Made by a program: the position numbers and the translations under genes | Shown here: piece after piece, positions 39,487 through 50,583 of the stretch | Position numbering within the stretch: the stretch's first letter is position 1 | How the letters are laid out: every line of letters begins with the position of its first letter | Source of the DNA: an uncultured Clostridium sp. | Lineage (GTDB): Bacteria > Bacillota > Clostridia > TANB77 > CAG-508 | Reading direction: 5' to 3' | DNA length: 64,000 nt | Assembly (NCBI GenBank): GCA_945949485.1 | Contig: CAMFER010000001.1 | Span: 2,099 to 66,098 of the forward strand | The notes under the pieces: model-generated | The model's database searches: none | Told to the model about the DNA's origin: nothing | The model's input: only the letters and a program-made list of their open reading frames with translations

Positions 39487-40689
39487 TTAAAATGGCAAAT
39501 CTGAAAAGTCAGTTTCATAATGTTCTAATTTTGCCTGTAAATTTTGTATTATTATATCTTTTTGTCTATCATTACATTTACTTAACCATTCGACAATCTC
39601 ATCAACAAAATCAATATATATGATATTAACTTCATCTTCTTCCTTTTCAAAGACATTTCTTCGAGTGTAATATTCATTTACCTTTACTACTTTTCCAAAA
39701 AAACATTCTGCAAAATCTTTATTATTGAGAATCATATCCTCTAAACTATACCTTATTAAGAGTTTTCTTAAATTTTCTATAATAGTATTTATATCATTGA
39801 CAGTTGTACCATATTCAACAGTTTCTATTATTTCATCTAATTTACTTGATATTTGTTTATATATTTTTTTATCATCATTTGAAAATATTTCTTTACTTTG
39901 TATTTCTGTTTCAGACATTTTCTTTTGTATTTCAGCAAATGATTCTATCCTATCACCAACATTATATTTTAACATATCATCCAAAATTGAATTATATTTA
40001 AAATTCTTAATATTATTTTCTTCTATAATTTGTTTTATAAGCTGACCTACAAAATATATCTCTGTCTTATTGTTATAAATAGGTTCATTATCATCTCTTG
40101 TATTCATTTCGCTAGGTGGATTCGCTATCCAACGATTTTGATATAGTGTTAACGGACTTACATTTTTGTCTTTTGAATACATTTTGCCAAAACCAAAATC
40201 TATGATTTTCACTATACCATTTGAATCTATTAAAATATTTTTACTTCTTATATCTCTATGGCAAAGTTGCATTTTCTCCAAATAACAAAATCCATTTATA
40301 GTTTGTTCAAATACATTGTTTATTTTTTCTTTATTATTTTTTATATATTCATTTATGTCTTTCGCATTTTCTACATATTCCATTATTATATATCCTGTCT
40401 TTTTGCTAGGATATATATAACTATTATATATTCTCACAATATTTTGATGAACAATTTTATTTAGAATCTTTACCTCGTCTATAAATTTGTTAAAATATCT
40501 TTCTTTCTCCTTGTCATCTGTTATCTCTCCACTAGGTTCATATTTTTTACAAGCATAAAGTTCATCTATTATTTCATCTTTTATCAATACAGTTCTTCCA
40601 AAAGAACCCGAGCCTAAATTTTGAATAAACTTATATTCTTTGCTTCTTATGAATGGTATAATATCCTGTGGTTTTAGCTCTTTGTCCAT
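39487..40689 (-). CDS. Cytoplasmic Hanks-type Ser/Thr protein kinase with an unknown ~130-aa C-terminal domain
   Basis: GSGSFGRTV (G-loop), YACKKY (catalytic Lys), HRDIRSKNILID (catalytic loop), IIDFGFGK (DFG). No TM or PASTA domain. Confidence 0.8.
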   Translation of the reverse strand: MDKELKPQDIIPFIRSKEYKFIQNLGSGSFGRTVLIKDEIIDELYACKKYEPSGEITDDKEKERYFNKFIDEVKILNKIVHQNIVRIYNSYIYPSKKTGYIIMEYVENAKDINEYIKNNKEKINNVFEQTINGFCYLEKMQLCHRDIRSKNILIDSNGIVKIIDFGFGKMYSKDKNVSPLTLYQNRWIANPPSEMNTRDDNEPIYNNKTEIYFVGQLIKQIIEENNIKNFKYNSILDDMLKYNVGDRIESFAEIQKKMSETEIQSKEIFSNDDKKIYKQISSKLDEIIETVEYGTTVNDINTIIENLRKLLIRYSLEDMILNNKDFAECFFGKVVKVNEYYTRRNVFEKEEDEVNIIYIDFVDEIVEWLSKCNDRQKDIIIQNLQAKLEHYETDFSDLPF

Positions 40690-41217
40690 TTTTTATTCTC
40701 CCTCACAACAATATACCACAAAATCACCACGTTTTCAACATTCCATAAAACTTAAATTTTATCAATTCTAAAGTCCAGTATTTACAAGGCTTTTAGAAGA
40801 TATTTTTTTACTATATCATCAAAAATAAGCGATTTCAGTTGTTATATGTGTAATTTATCCTATTAAAAATTAAAATGGCTTAAAATTGATGTGAGAGATA
40901 AAGAAAAAAGGGAAGTTCCCTCTTAATAACTAAAATCATCAATCTGTAAATCAATATCACACATAAAAAAATAACCTCCCATTTATAAAATTTTTAACTT
41001 AATAAAAATCCAATAAACAAAAGGTTTTTAATTTTTATTTTAAATTTCTCCATACCCAATAAATCAAAAAGTTTGTTAGTATTTTCCCAAACAGTTTGTA
41101 GGCTTTTTTGTCTATTTCCACCTTGTTTCAGGGCAATAAACTCGTGAATTTGTTGGTATAATGGAATTTTTTTACTATTCTTGTAATCGTTGCCCCTCTA
41201 AGATTGTGTGTCAATTC

Positions 41218-42033
41218 CTATGCAGATTTCAATTCAAGTCTTAACTTATCAGCAATCATTGCGATAAATTCACTATTAGTTGGCTTTCCTTTTGCAGCTG
41301 AAATTGTATATCCAAAGATATTTTCTACTGCTTCTTGTTGTCCTCGTCCCCAAGCAACTTCTATTGCATGGCGAATTGCTCTTTCAACTCTACTTGGAGT
41401 TGTACCAAATTTATGAGCTATTTTGGGATATAAGCTTTTTGTAATTTGATTTATTACATCAATATCATTAACAACCATTATTATAGCTTCTCTTAAATAT
41501 TGATATCCTTTAATATGTGCAGGTACACCAACTTCATGTATTATATTAGTTACTAAAGCCTCTAAATTATCTTCTTTTTTCATACTTCTAGAATCAATTT
41601 CTATATATCTTGATTCTCTTGAAGAATTATTATTATTCATTACTCTGTTTGGTTTAAAGTATTTAATCTCTTTTATTCTTTTTATTAATAATTCTATATC
41701 AAATGGTTTTACAACATAATATTCAGCACCTAATTCTATTGCTCTTTGAGTTATTTTATCTTGGCCTACTGCTGAAAGCATAATATATGTTGGTTTATTA
41801 TTTAGTTTTATAGAATTTAATTTTTCTAACACTCCTAAACCATCTAAATGTGGCATTATTACATCTAACAATACAACATCTGGATTACTGTTTAATATTA
41901 ATTCAAGCGCCTCATTCCCGTCTTTTGCCATTGCTACAATCTCCATATCCTCTTGTGAATTTATGTATGTAGATAATGTATGACTAAAATCTTGATTATC
42001 ATCTGCTACTAGTACTTTAATTTTCTCTTTCAT
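41218..42033 (-). CDS. spo0A: Sporulation master regulator Spo0A
   Basis: Receiver domain ([21 protein letters not shown]) plus the Spo0A-specific C-terminal domain ([20 protein letters not shown]...[20 protein letters not shown]). Confidence 0.95.
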   Translation of the reverse strand: MKEKIKVLVADDNQDFSHTLSTYINSQEDMEIVAMAKDGNEALELILNSNPDVVLLDVIMPHLDGLGVLEKLNSIKLNNKPTYIMLSAVGQDKITQRAIELGAEYYVVKPFDIELLIKRIKEIKYFKPNRVMNNNNSSRESRYIEIDSRSMKKEDNLEALVTNIIHEVGVPAHIKGYQYLREAIIMVVNDIDVINQITKSLYPKIAHKFGTTPSRVERAIRHAIEVAWGRGQQEAVENIFGYTISAAKGKPTNSEFIAMIADKLRLELKSA

Positions 42034-42150
42034 TTGTTTTCCTCCTAAATTTAACTGTAAATTTTTTACAGTTCGATTATATTATTTTGGGAAACATTAA
42101 TCAAGATTTTGTTGGAAATTTTTACCAATTGTTTTATAAAAAGAAGAAAT

Positions 42151-42780
42151 TTATATACTTTTATCAATATTCTTTACATATAAATCTTCTAAATTAATTA
42201 AATTAATTTTTTTATCTTTATAATCTTCTATTAATTTCTCTTTTTTACCTTCTTCTAACTCTATTTGGCAAACAATATTCTCCTCATAATTCACATCTGC
42301 AACTTTTATATTATTTTTCCTACAATAGTATTTAAAATTTTCAAAATTGTTATAAGCTACAACACATTTAAAAATATAGCCTGTACATTTTTCTATAATT
42401 GTACTGTTGCTTATTGCCTCTTGTAAAGATTCTGAATATGCTCTTACCAACCCTCCTGTACCTAATAATATTCCACCAAAATATCTAGTTACAACTATTA
42501 GTACATTTGCTAAGTTCTCTTTCTTTAAAATATTTAGCATTGGTCCTCCTGCTGTTCCAGAAGGTTCTCCATCATCACTAGCTCTTTCAACTATTTTTTC
42601 ATCTTCCAATACTCTATATGCAATGCAATTATGTTTTGCATCATGATATTTTTTCTTCACTTCTTTTATCTTATCTTCTGCATCATTAATATTTTCTACA
42701 TAAAAAAAGTTAGATATGAACTTTGATTTCTTCTCAACAATTTCAGTTTGTACATTTTCTTTTATCGTTTTAAATTCCAT
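42151..42780 (-). CDS. yigZ: YigZ/IMPACT-family protein
   Basis: EKKSKFI...KHNCIAYR...DDGEPSGTAGGPML...VVVTRYFGGILLGTGGLVRAY. Confidence 0.85.
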   Translation of the reverse strand: MEFKTIKENVQTEIVEKKSKFISNFFYVENINDAEDKIKEVKKKYHDAKHNCIAYRVLEDEKIVERASDDGEPSGTAGGPMLNILKKENLANVLIVVTRYFGGILLGTGGLVRAYSESLQEAISNSTIIEKCTGYIFKCVVAYNNFENFKYYCRKNNIKVADVNYEENIVCQIELEEGKKEKLIEDYKDKKINLINLEDLYVKNIDKSI

Positions 42781-42798
42781 ATTCTAACTCCTTATATT

Positions 42799-44049
42799 TT
42801 AATTTTTTCCTGCTACATATCCAGTAGAATAAGCTATTTGCAAGTTAAATCCACCAGTATATGCATCGACATCTATGATTTCTCCAGCAAAGTATAATCC
42901 CCTTACTATCTTTGATTCCATTGTCTTTGGATTAATTTCTTTTATACTAACTCCACCACTTGTTATTATTGCTTCATCAATAGGTCTAAAATCTTTTAAC
43001 TCAATTTCAAAGCTTTTTAAGCATTTTTCTAAGTTTTTTCTTTCTTCTTTATTTATTTCATTTACTTTTTTATCAATTGGTATTTTACTTTTATCTATTA
43101 TTACTTTTATTAACTTCTGAGGTAACAATTTATCTAAGCTATTTTTAAATTGCTTATTTTTCACTTCCATAAAGTCTCTTAATATTCTATCATCTAACTT
43201 CTTTTCAGTTAAAGCTGGCTTAAAATCTATTGATAATATTATTTGTTTATTTCTCATTTTTTCTTTAATATTCTTATAACGTATTAAATGTGAAGTTGCA
43301 CTTAATATAATTGGACCTGATACTCCAAAATGTGTAAATATCATTTCTCCAAAATCATCATAAATTTCTTTATTCTTTTCTCTATCAATTATCTTAATAC
43401 TTACATTTTTCAAACTTAATCCTTGTAATTCTTTGCAAAGATTTTTATCAAAAATCTCAATAGGAACTAATGAAGGGTTTAAATTTGTTACAGTATGACC
43501 TAATTTTTTAGCCAATTCGTAACCGTCACCTGTTGATCCTGTTAAATGATAACTTTTTCCTCCTGTTGCTAATATAATTTTATCTGCTTTTATTATTTCA
43601 TCACTTGTTCTTACAGCCTCTACTTTGTTTTTATTAGGATCTGCTATAATTTCTTCTACTCTTGTATTGTATTTTATTTTTACTCCAAGTCTTTTAAGTC
43701 TTTTTTCAAAACATTTTAGTACATCTTTTGATTTATCCGTAATAGGAAATATTCTATTTCCTCTTTCTTCTTTTATTTCAAGGCCTTCTTTTTTCAACAA
43801 ACTAATTATATCATTGTTTGTAAATTCTTGATAACAACTATATAAAAATTTTCCATTTCCTGGAGTGTTTTTTATAAAGTCTCTAATATCTAAAGAAGAT
43901 GTAATATTACATCTTCCTTTTCCTGTTATTAACAATTTTCTACCTAATTGTTGCATTTTTTCAATTAATATTACTTCATTGTTGTTTTCTCTTGCACTTA
44001 TAGCTGCCATCATTCCAGCAGGGCCTCCACCTATAACTACTACTTTCAT
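42799..44049 (-). CDS. HI0933/BaiN-like FAD-dependent oxidoreductase
   Basis: VVVIGGGPAGMMAA Rossmann motif, GKGRCNITS, and the C-terminal FAGEIIDVDAYTGGFNLQ. Confidence 0.8.
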   Translation of the reverse strand: MKVVVIGGGPAGMMAAISARENNNEVILIEKMQQLGRKLLITGKGRCNITSSLDIRDFIKNTPGNGKFLYSCYQEFTNNDIISLLKKEGLEIKEERGNRIFPITDKSKDVLKCFEKRLKRLGVKIKYNTRVEEIIADPNKNKVEAVRTSDEIIKADKIILATGGKSYHLTGSTGDGYELAKKLGHTVTNLNPSLVPIEIFDKNLCKELQGLSLKNVSIKIIDREKNKEIYDDFGEMIFTHFGVSGPIILSATSHLIRYKNIKEKMRNKQIILSIDFKPALTEKKLDDRILRDFMEVKNKQFKNSLDKLLPQKLIKVIIDKSKIPIDKKVNEINKEERKNLEKCLKSFEIELKDFRPIDEAIITSGGVSIKEINPKTMESKIVRGLYFAGEIIDVDAYTGGFNLQIAYSTGYVAGKN

Positions 44050-44066
44050 ATTATTCTTTCCTCATA

Positions 44067-44945
44067 TTAGCTTTCTTTTTTTGAAGTTGCTTTTTTGCTT
44101 GTTTTTTTAGCTGGTGATTTCTTTGTTGCTGTTTTTTTAGTTGTTGCTTTCTTTGTCGTTGTCTTTTTAGTTGTTGCTTTCTTTGTTGTACTAGTTGTTT
44201 TGGATGCTGTTTTCTTAGATGTTGTGTTTGAGCTTGTTTTCTTCTTTGTAGGTGTTTTTCTAGTTTTCTTCTCTTCTTTTTTCTCTTCTTCATCACCATT
44301 TAAATATCCAATATTGTTTGCTTGCGCTTCTTTCATATATCTTTCTAACTCATCATCTAAATAGTTATCTTCTTTTACTTCTTCTTTTTCCTCTTTTTGG
44401 TCATCTTCTTTTTTATTGTCTTGATTATCATCTTGTTTATCTTCCTCATCAAAATCATCAAAGAAAAATTCTATATCTGGAACATCTTCTTTTTTTTCTT
44501 CTTCAACTTTTTCGTTTACATTTTCTTCTACTTTATCTTCATTATCATTCTCTGGCTTAAAATCATCTTCAAATATGTCATCATAATAATTTTCTTCCAT
44601 ATTATTAACTTGAGAAATTTCTGGTTCTTCATTAATATTTTCTTCTATATTTTCTTGAAGATCTTCTTTTACAGGTTCTACTTCATCAACCTTTTCTTCT
44701 TCCAATTGGGTATTTTCTATTGGTTGTTCTTTAATTTCATTTATTTCTTTAAATAAATCATGATACTCTTCATGTGATTTTTTTATTTCTTCTTTTTTCT
44801 CTTTCACTTTTTTCTTAGCTATTTTTAATGCTTCTTTTCTCTCTTTTTCTACTCTTTTGTTTTCAATTCTTTGCTCTCTTCCTCCAAAAATTAATAATAA
44901 AGATATTAACACTATTAAAACTAATAAAACAATAACAACTAGCAT
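44067..44945 (-). CDS. Membrane-anchored K/E/D-rich protein with a histone-H1-like (T/A)KK repeat tail
   Basis: N-terminal TM, long acidic low-complexity centre, and C-terminal KKTSSNTTSKKTASKTTSTTKKATTKKTTTKKATTKKTATKKSPAKK. Confidence 0.55.
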   Translation of the reverse strand: MLVVIVLLVLIVLISLLLIFGGREQRIENKRVEKERKEALKIAKKKVKEKKEEIKKSHEEYHDLFKEINEIKEQPIENTQLEEEKVDEVEPVKEDLQENIEENINEEPEISQVNNMEENYYDDIFEDDFKPENDNEDKVEENVNEKVEEEKKEDVPDIEFFFDDFDEEDKQDDNQDNKKEDDQKEEKEEVKEDNYLDDELERYMKEAQANNIGYLNGDEEEKKEEKKTRKTPTKKKTSSNTTSKKTASKTTSTTKKATTKKTTTKKATTKKTATKKSPAKKTSKKATSKKES

Positions 44946-44949
44946 TTTC

Positions 44950-46200
44950 TTACTCTCCTTCTTTTGAATTTTCCATACTTTCTATAGCTGTTAGAACTCC
45001 TAATTTTCCATAATCATAAGTTAGACCTCCTTGCATATATGCAATATATGGTGGTCTTAAAGGTCCATCGCAACTAAGTTCAATTGTTGAACCTTGTGTG
45101 AATGTTCCTGCAGCCATAATAACTTTATCCTCATATCCTCCCATTTCACCTGGAAATGGAAGTACATTAGAATCAATCGGTGAACCCTTTTGAATTCCTT
45201 GACAGAATTTAACTAAATTTTCTTCAGAACCTAATTCTAAAGTCTGTACAATATCTCCTCTTTTTTCAAAAGCCTTTGGTTCTACTATATATCCTAATTT
45301 TTCTAATATTCTACTTGCAAACACTGCAGTCTTTACACTACTAGCAACAACACTTGGTGCAAAAAATAATCCTTTTAATAATAATGGATTTTGATTTAAA
45401 GACGGACCAATTTCTTTTCCTATACCTGGTGATGTTAATCTTTCGGCACATAATTCTATTAAATCTTTTTTTCCAACTATATATGCTCCAGATGTTGCAA
45501 TCCCTGCTCCCAAATTTTTCATTAGAGAACCTACTGCAATATCAGCTCCAACTTCTATAGGCTCTTTTTCTTCAACAAATTCTCCATAACAGTTATCAAC
45601 CATAATTATAACGTCTTGGTTTACTTTTCTAATTTCCTTGATTACTCTTTCTATTTTATCTATTGTTAAACTTTTTCTTGTTGAATATCCTCTTGATTTT
45701 TGAATTTCCACAAGTTTAACATCTTTTTTCTTTAATCTAGTAACAATAGTTTCTATATCAAAATCATTATCTACAAGTTCAATTTGCTCATATTTTATTC
45801 CAAATGCTTTTAGAGAACTTGGACTAGGATTTTCTGTATTTCCAATAACTGTTTGTAAAGTGTCGTAAGGAGCTCCTGTTATACTAATCATTATATCATT
45901 TGGTCTTAAAAGTCCTGATAAAGTTACTGCTAATGCATGTGTTCCTGAAACCAATTGTGTTCTAACCAAAGCATCTTCAGCTTTAAATATTGTTGCATAT
46001 ATTTCTTCTATCTTATTTCTTCCTGGTTCATCTATTCCATATCCTGTTGAAGAATATAGATGGCTTTCTTGTAAATCACACTTTTGAAAAGCTTCTAATA
46101 CTTTTTGACTATTTTTAAATCCAATTCTATCTATTTCCTCGTATATCGGCACAAGCTCTTTTTCTACTTCTTCAGTCATAATTTTCAAATTGTTTCTCAT
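44950..46200 (-). CDS. PLP-dependent Cys/Met-metabolism-type enzyme (YnbB / aluminium-resistance family)
   Basis: 416 aa. The family is recognised from overall pattern (…SSTGYGIDEPGR…VSGTHA…GSLMKNLG…). The assignment is from recollection. Confidence 0.65.
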   Translation of the reverse strand: MRNNLKIMTEEVEKELVPIYEEIDRIGFKNSQKVLEAFQKCDLQESHLYSSTGYGIDEPGRNKIEEIYATIFKAEDALVRTQLVSGTHALAVTLSGLLRPNDIMISITGAPYDTLQTVIGNTENPSPSSLKAFGIKYEQIELVDNDFDIETIVTRLKKKDVKLVEIQKSRGYSTRKSLTIDKIERVIKEIRKVNQDVIIMVDNCYGEFVEEKEPIEVGADIAVGSLMKNLGAGIATSGAYIVGKKDLIELCAERLTSPGIGKEIGPSLNQNPLLLKGLFFAPSVVASSVKTAVFASRILEKLGYIVEPKAFEKRGDIVQTLELGSEENLVKFCQGIQKGSPIDSNVLPFPGEMGGYEDKVIMAAGTFTQGSTIELSCDGPLRPPYIAYMQGGLTYDYGKLGVLTAIESMENSKEGE

Positions 46201-46374
46201 TTTTTTACCTCTTTTCTATCTCTTATAATATTTTACTATATTTTATAATGCTTTGCAAGAAAATTCAAAAATAACTTTTCTGTACTACAAAATAGATCTT
46301 AAGCTTAGGCTTAAGATCTATTTCTATATAAGTTCTGTCCCAAATTGAACATTTTGTCTAACTTGGACCTGTCC

Positions 46375-49300
46375 CTATAATACATATTTCTTAATTAAGA
46401 TTACTCCTCCTGCTATTGTTAGTAATATTGTAAATCCTAATGTGAAGTATATTCTTACTTGACCTGTTTCAATTGATAACATTACTGGTGCGTCATCTAT
46501 GTCATCTTCTCCTGGCTTTTTGTTATCTGGAGTTGAGTCTATGTCTGGTACATCATATTCGTTATCATCTTCTGATATTTCTGCCGTATTTACCATTACT
46601 CCCATATTATCTTCACTATTTATCCATGTAAGTACTACTTCAACATCAGCATATTCTCCTGGTTGTAATAAAGTATTTTCTAATAATCTTGTAGAAATAA
46701 CATTATTTCCTTCATCTGTCCATCCTGGATTATCTTCTGGTAAGAATTTTAATCCTTCTGGTACATAATCAGTAATTTCTTTTGCATATCCTGCTATTTC
46801 ACCTTCATTATATACTCTTATTGAATATCTGAATTTTACTGTTACTTGATTTAGTTTCTTTCTATGCAATTCAACTTTTACAATTTCTTCTGGATCATCA
46901 AATGGTTGGTGTCCTGTTTCTGTTATTGTTTGTCCATTTTGATCTATTACTATTGCTTGTGTTACCCATTTTCTTAGAGCTAAGTCAAATATTTTTATTA
47001 CTACTTTTTCAAAGTCATCATCGTCTTGTTGTCCTGGTATATATGAACCTGTTTCATCTCCTTTATATCCTGGTAACTCTTCATCACTTGGTAGATTTAC
47101 ATTATTACTTTGTGAATCTCTATCTCCTACTTCTTGATGATTTTCATCTTGATACTCTGTTATGTCTGCAATGTTTGTTATGTTTTCACTTGTTTTCGCA
47201 TCTTCTTTTACTTTGCACATTACAGGAACTTCTTTGTATGATAAGACATATTTTCCTGTTTCATCTTTTTCTGCTTTATTTATTAAACTATTTTCTAGAT
47301 ATCTTGTTGTTAATGTTCTTCCATCTTCTGATACTTCCCATTCATATTGTTCATTGAATTCATTATCTACAAATTCTAAATATGGTGGTAAATGATCTTT
47401 TATTTCTGCTGCATATCCATCAAGATCTCCTTCATTGTATACTCTTAACATATATACTACCATATCATTTGGTTGAACTATTATTGGTTCTTTTGTATGG
47501 TTATATGTTGCTGTTGTTATTTTATTTCCATTTGAATCTTCATTATTTAATTTTGAAGTATCAACTACTGGTGCTCTTGTATATGATCCATCTTCATTTT
47601 TTAAGTATTCATCATTTTCTATAGTTTCATCTTTACTTACTGCTATTATGAATTTTCTTAATGCTAAGTCAAATACTTGTAATGTTATATTATCATAATC
47701 TTCATCATCTTCATATTTTACCCATTTTTCTGTATCTGAATCTCTATCGTCTACTGGATCTCCATTTTCGTTAGCATCTTCTGATATGCATGCTTCATTT
47801 CTAATGATTGTTCCTGTTATATTATCTGAAACAACTTTTAATTTAACTGATACTTCTTTATAATGTATATCTTCTTCTGTTTTTGTTCCGTCATTTCTTC
47901 CAAATGCTTCTATTAAATTTCCATTTACTGTTGTTTCATTTTCTTTTGATAGATAATCTGTTGAAATTTGTATTATCTTTTCATGATTTTCATCATATAC
48001 AAAATTTCCCCATAAATAGTTTTGGTTAAATTCTATTGCTTCTTTTTCTGCATCTGTTAATGTATCATCATTTTGTAAGTCTTCTCCTTCTTTTTCAGAC
48101 CAGATAAATTCTAAGCCTTCTGGGATATCTTCTGTTATTTCTTCTGCATATCCATCTATCATACCTTCATTATATATTCTAAATGTATATGTAACTATAT
48201 CACCTTTTTTAACACTTACAGGCTCTTTATTTAATGTATAATCACCTGTTGTAATCATCTTTCCGTTTTCATCTACTGTATTTAATTTACTTACATCTAC
48301 TTTTTCTATTCTTTCTGGTACATTTTGATCATTTACTGCAGTTATTCTTTTAATAAGTTTTAAGTCAAATGCTTCTGGTAATAATACTAATTTTTCAAAG
48401 TCATCATCGTCTTGTTGTCCTTTATAGTAATAATTTGAATCTGTTAAATCAGATTTATTTCCATTTCCAGTATAATCTTCCATATTGTCTTTATTAACAT
48501 CAGGATGTGTTGCTGGTTCTGAATCTCTATCTAACCCTTCTTGATTTGTTATTGTTACTTTATCTACTGCATCATATGCTTCTGATATCCAAGCTACATT
48601 TGTTAATACTTTTGTGCTTGATGTATCAGGTGTAGCTGTTACTTCGCATTTTATTTCTATTGTTTCAGAACTTAAATTTCCTGTTTGATATGCGGATAAA
48701 TTATCTTCGTTTCTATCTTTTCTCTTCAAGTTTAATGTATTTGTACTTTCATCATAATTTTCTACATCAAAACTTCCACTTTCAACACTTAAAAATTTTA
48801 ATCCTGTTGGTAATTGGTCTACAACTTTTGTTGCTCTGCCATCTTTTTTTCCTTCATTATATATTGTAATTTTATATGTTACTGTATTTCCATTTTCAAC
48901 AACTAATGGATCTTTTTTATGTTTATATGTAGCTGTTGTTCCAGATTGTAAAGTACTTTCATCTATAACTGGTACTCTAGAATCTGCTACTTCAACATCA
49001 TTTACTTTTGTTATGTATTTTCTTAATGCTAAGTCAAATGGTTTTTCTGTAGTTAATTCTGTTGGAATCGTTACCTCTTCTTTTTCCGGAATAACTACTG
49101 GTTGTTCTTGATTATTTGTGTTAGATGCCCATAATGTCATTTTTGTATTACTATATGAAATATTTATTGTCACTTTTATATTTTCAACCGAATCAGTATC
49201 TACTGATATGTAAAAATCTTGTCCTACTAAATCTCTTGCAGTTGTTCCTTCCTCTACTGGAGTTTTGTTGCTATCTAGTAATGTATATTCTTCTACATTT

Positions 49301-50274
49301 TGGTCACCATTTTTAACTACTAATTCTACATCATATGGTAATGTGTTTCCTTCTGTTTCACTTATATTAATAGGTCCTAATATTTTAGAAGAACTACTTT
49401 CTTCAACATTTAATGTTGTTGTATTTACTTTAGCAGGTACTCCATTTCGTGTGTCTTCTGAATATTTATTAGCATTTGCTTTTGCTGTATCAATTACATA
49501 ATTGTATAATAATACTGCTTGTTGTTGTCTTTGTAATCCATGACTTCTTCCTGGTTCTGTGCTTGTTGGATTATAATCTGCTAAATTTTTATATTCACTT
49601 CCATCTAAAGTATAATTTAGCCAATCTGTTGCATCTGTTTTGTCATATTTACCGTTTTCTTCTCCATAGTTAGTAAAATACCACAAAGCTGCTTGTTGTA
49701 CTGCTTCAATATCATCATCAGTAAGTATTGTATCCCATTCTTCTTTTCTGATTCCTGCATTTTCTAATAATTGTTCTTTTTCTGTTTCTGAAGATTCTCC
49801 ATATAAATAGAACATATCTATTGTTGCTAAAATTGCATCATATTTACTTACTTCACCACTATCTGTTGTTACAGTTCCTTCAACAATTGATTTTAACACA
49901 TCATTTTGTTTTGCAATTTCTTGTCTTTGTGTTCTCATATCATAAAACACATCATAAGTAGCTCTCTTTTTAGTATCACTAAATCCCACTCCTGCTTTAA
50001 CACAATATATATTAGCCTCTGTTGGATCATTTGAGCTTGCACTACTATATTTTACAATATTCCAAATCTTTGCTGCTGAATTGTTTTCCTCTGTATTTGC
50101 ATTTGGATTTCCTATTGCATATCCCATATTTGGGACATTATTCATCCTTAATTCAGTTATACCTAAATACAAAGGTGTTGAAGCATTGTCAGCATATACT
50201 ATGTTTGTAGTTAGCATAACAGTTAAAATTACTGTAAACATTATAACAAAATTTATTGCCTTTTTTATTTTCAT
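46375..50274 (-). CDS. 1299-aa cell-surface repeat protein with a C-terminal sorting-signal-like tail
   Basis: Signal peptide and at least 4 modules, each opening with FDL(A/K)L(R/I)K... and often preceded by GQQDDDDFEK (Cna-B/DUF11-type fold suspected). It ends SIETGQ + hydrophobic helix + KKYVL. Confidence 0.75.
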   Translation of the reverse strand: MKIKKAINFVIMFTVILTVMLTTNIVYADNASTPLYLGITELRMNNVPNMGYAIGNPNANTEENNSAAKIWNIVKYSSASSNDPTEANIYCVKAGVGFSDTKKRATYDVFYDMRTQRQEIAKQNDVLKSIVEGTVTTDSGEVSKYDAILATIDMFYLYGESSETEKEQLLENAGIRKEEWDTILTDDDIEAVQQAALWYFTNYGEENGKYDKTDATDWLNYTLDGSEYKNLADYNPTSTEPGRSHGLQRQQQAVLLYNYVIDTAKANANKYSEDTRNGVPAKVNTTTLNVEESSSSKILGPINISETEGNTLPYDVELVVKNGDQNVEEYTLLDSNKTPVEEGTTARDLVGQDFYISVDTDSVENIKVTINISYSNTKMTLWASNTNNQEQPVVIPEKEEVTIPTELTTEKPFDLALRKYITKVNDVEVADSRVPVIDESTLQSGTTATYKHKKDPLVVENGNTVTYKITIYNEGKKDGRATKVVDQLPTGLKFLSVESGSFDVENYDESTNTLNLKRKDRNEDNLSAYQTGNLSSETIEIKCEVTATPDTSSTKVLTNVAWISEAYDAVDKVTITNQEGLDRDSEPATHPDVNKDNMEDYTGNGNKSDLTDSNYYYKGQQDDDDFEKLVLLPEAFDLKLIKRITAVNDQNVPERIEKVDVSKLNTVDENGKMITTGDYTLNKEPVSVKKGDIVTYTFRIYNEGMIDGYAEEITEDIPEGLEFIWSEKEGEDLQNDDTLTDAEKEAIEFNQNYLWGNFVYDENHEKIIQISTDYLSKENETTVNGNLIEAFGRNDGTKTEEDIHYKEVSVKLKVVSDNITGTIIRNEACISEDANENGDPVDDRDSDTEKWVKYEDDEDYDNITLQVFDLALRKFIIAVSKDETIENDEYLKNEDGSYTRAPVVDTSKLNNEDSNGNKITTATYNHTKEPIIVQPNDMVVYMLRVYNEGDLDGYAAEIKDHLPPYLEFVDNEFNEQYEWEVSEDGRTLTTRYLENSLINKAEKDETGKYVLSYKEVPVMCKVKEDAKTSENITNIADITEYQDENHQEVGDRDSQSNNVNLPSDEELPGYKGDETGSYIPGQQDDDDFEKVVIKIFDLALRKWVTQAIVIDQNGQTITETGHQPFDDPEEIVKVELHRKKLNQVTVKFRYSIRVYNEGEIAGYAKEITDYVPEGLKFLPEDNPGWTDEGNNVISTRLLENTLLQPGEYADVEVVLTWINSEDNMGVMVNTAEISEDDNEYDVPDIDSTPDNKKPGEDDIDDAPVMLSIETGQVRIYFTLGFTILLTIAGGVILIKKYVL

Positions 50275-50583
50275 AACAATCTCCTTCTTATATATATTTA
50301 TACCTTTATATAATATATTTTACTATTTTTTTTACTTAAGTCAATAGGTATTTTTCAGGTAGTTTTTTTTGCTTAATTTCATGTCTTCTAAATGCTTACG
50401 GATATTAGTATTTGAAATTTTTATTTTAAAAAACTCCTTACATTACAATTATATTACATTTTAGCAACAAAATCAATATATATAGCTAATTACAGGCTTT
50501 TTCTTGCATTTCCCTAGAACTTTTTAAATTTCTGTTCTATCATAATTAAATATTTTTTTTAATATATTTTTATAGGTGATTTT

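Noticed and set aside
40990-41212. An independent ~70-codon gene directly after spo0A.
   Set aside because: It has no ATG or RBS, it overlaps the spo0A stop, and it ends in hydrophobic junk. It is more likely a remnant, and I mention it only as context for the kinase island.
44051-44756. Several overlapping ORFs on both strands (44051..44299, 44095..44364, 44318..44560, 44397..44756) inside the K/E-rich gene.
   Set aside because: They are alternative frames of a low-complexity AAG/GAA tract. Only the 292-aa frame has a TM start, an RBS and a sensible end.
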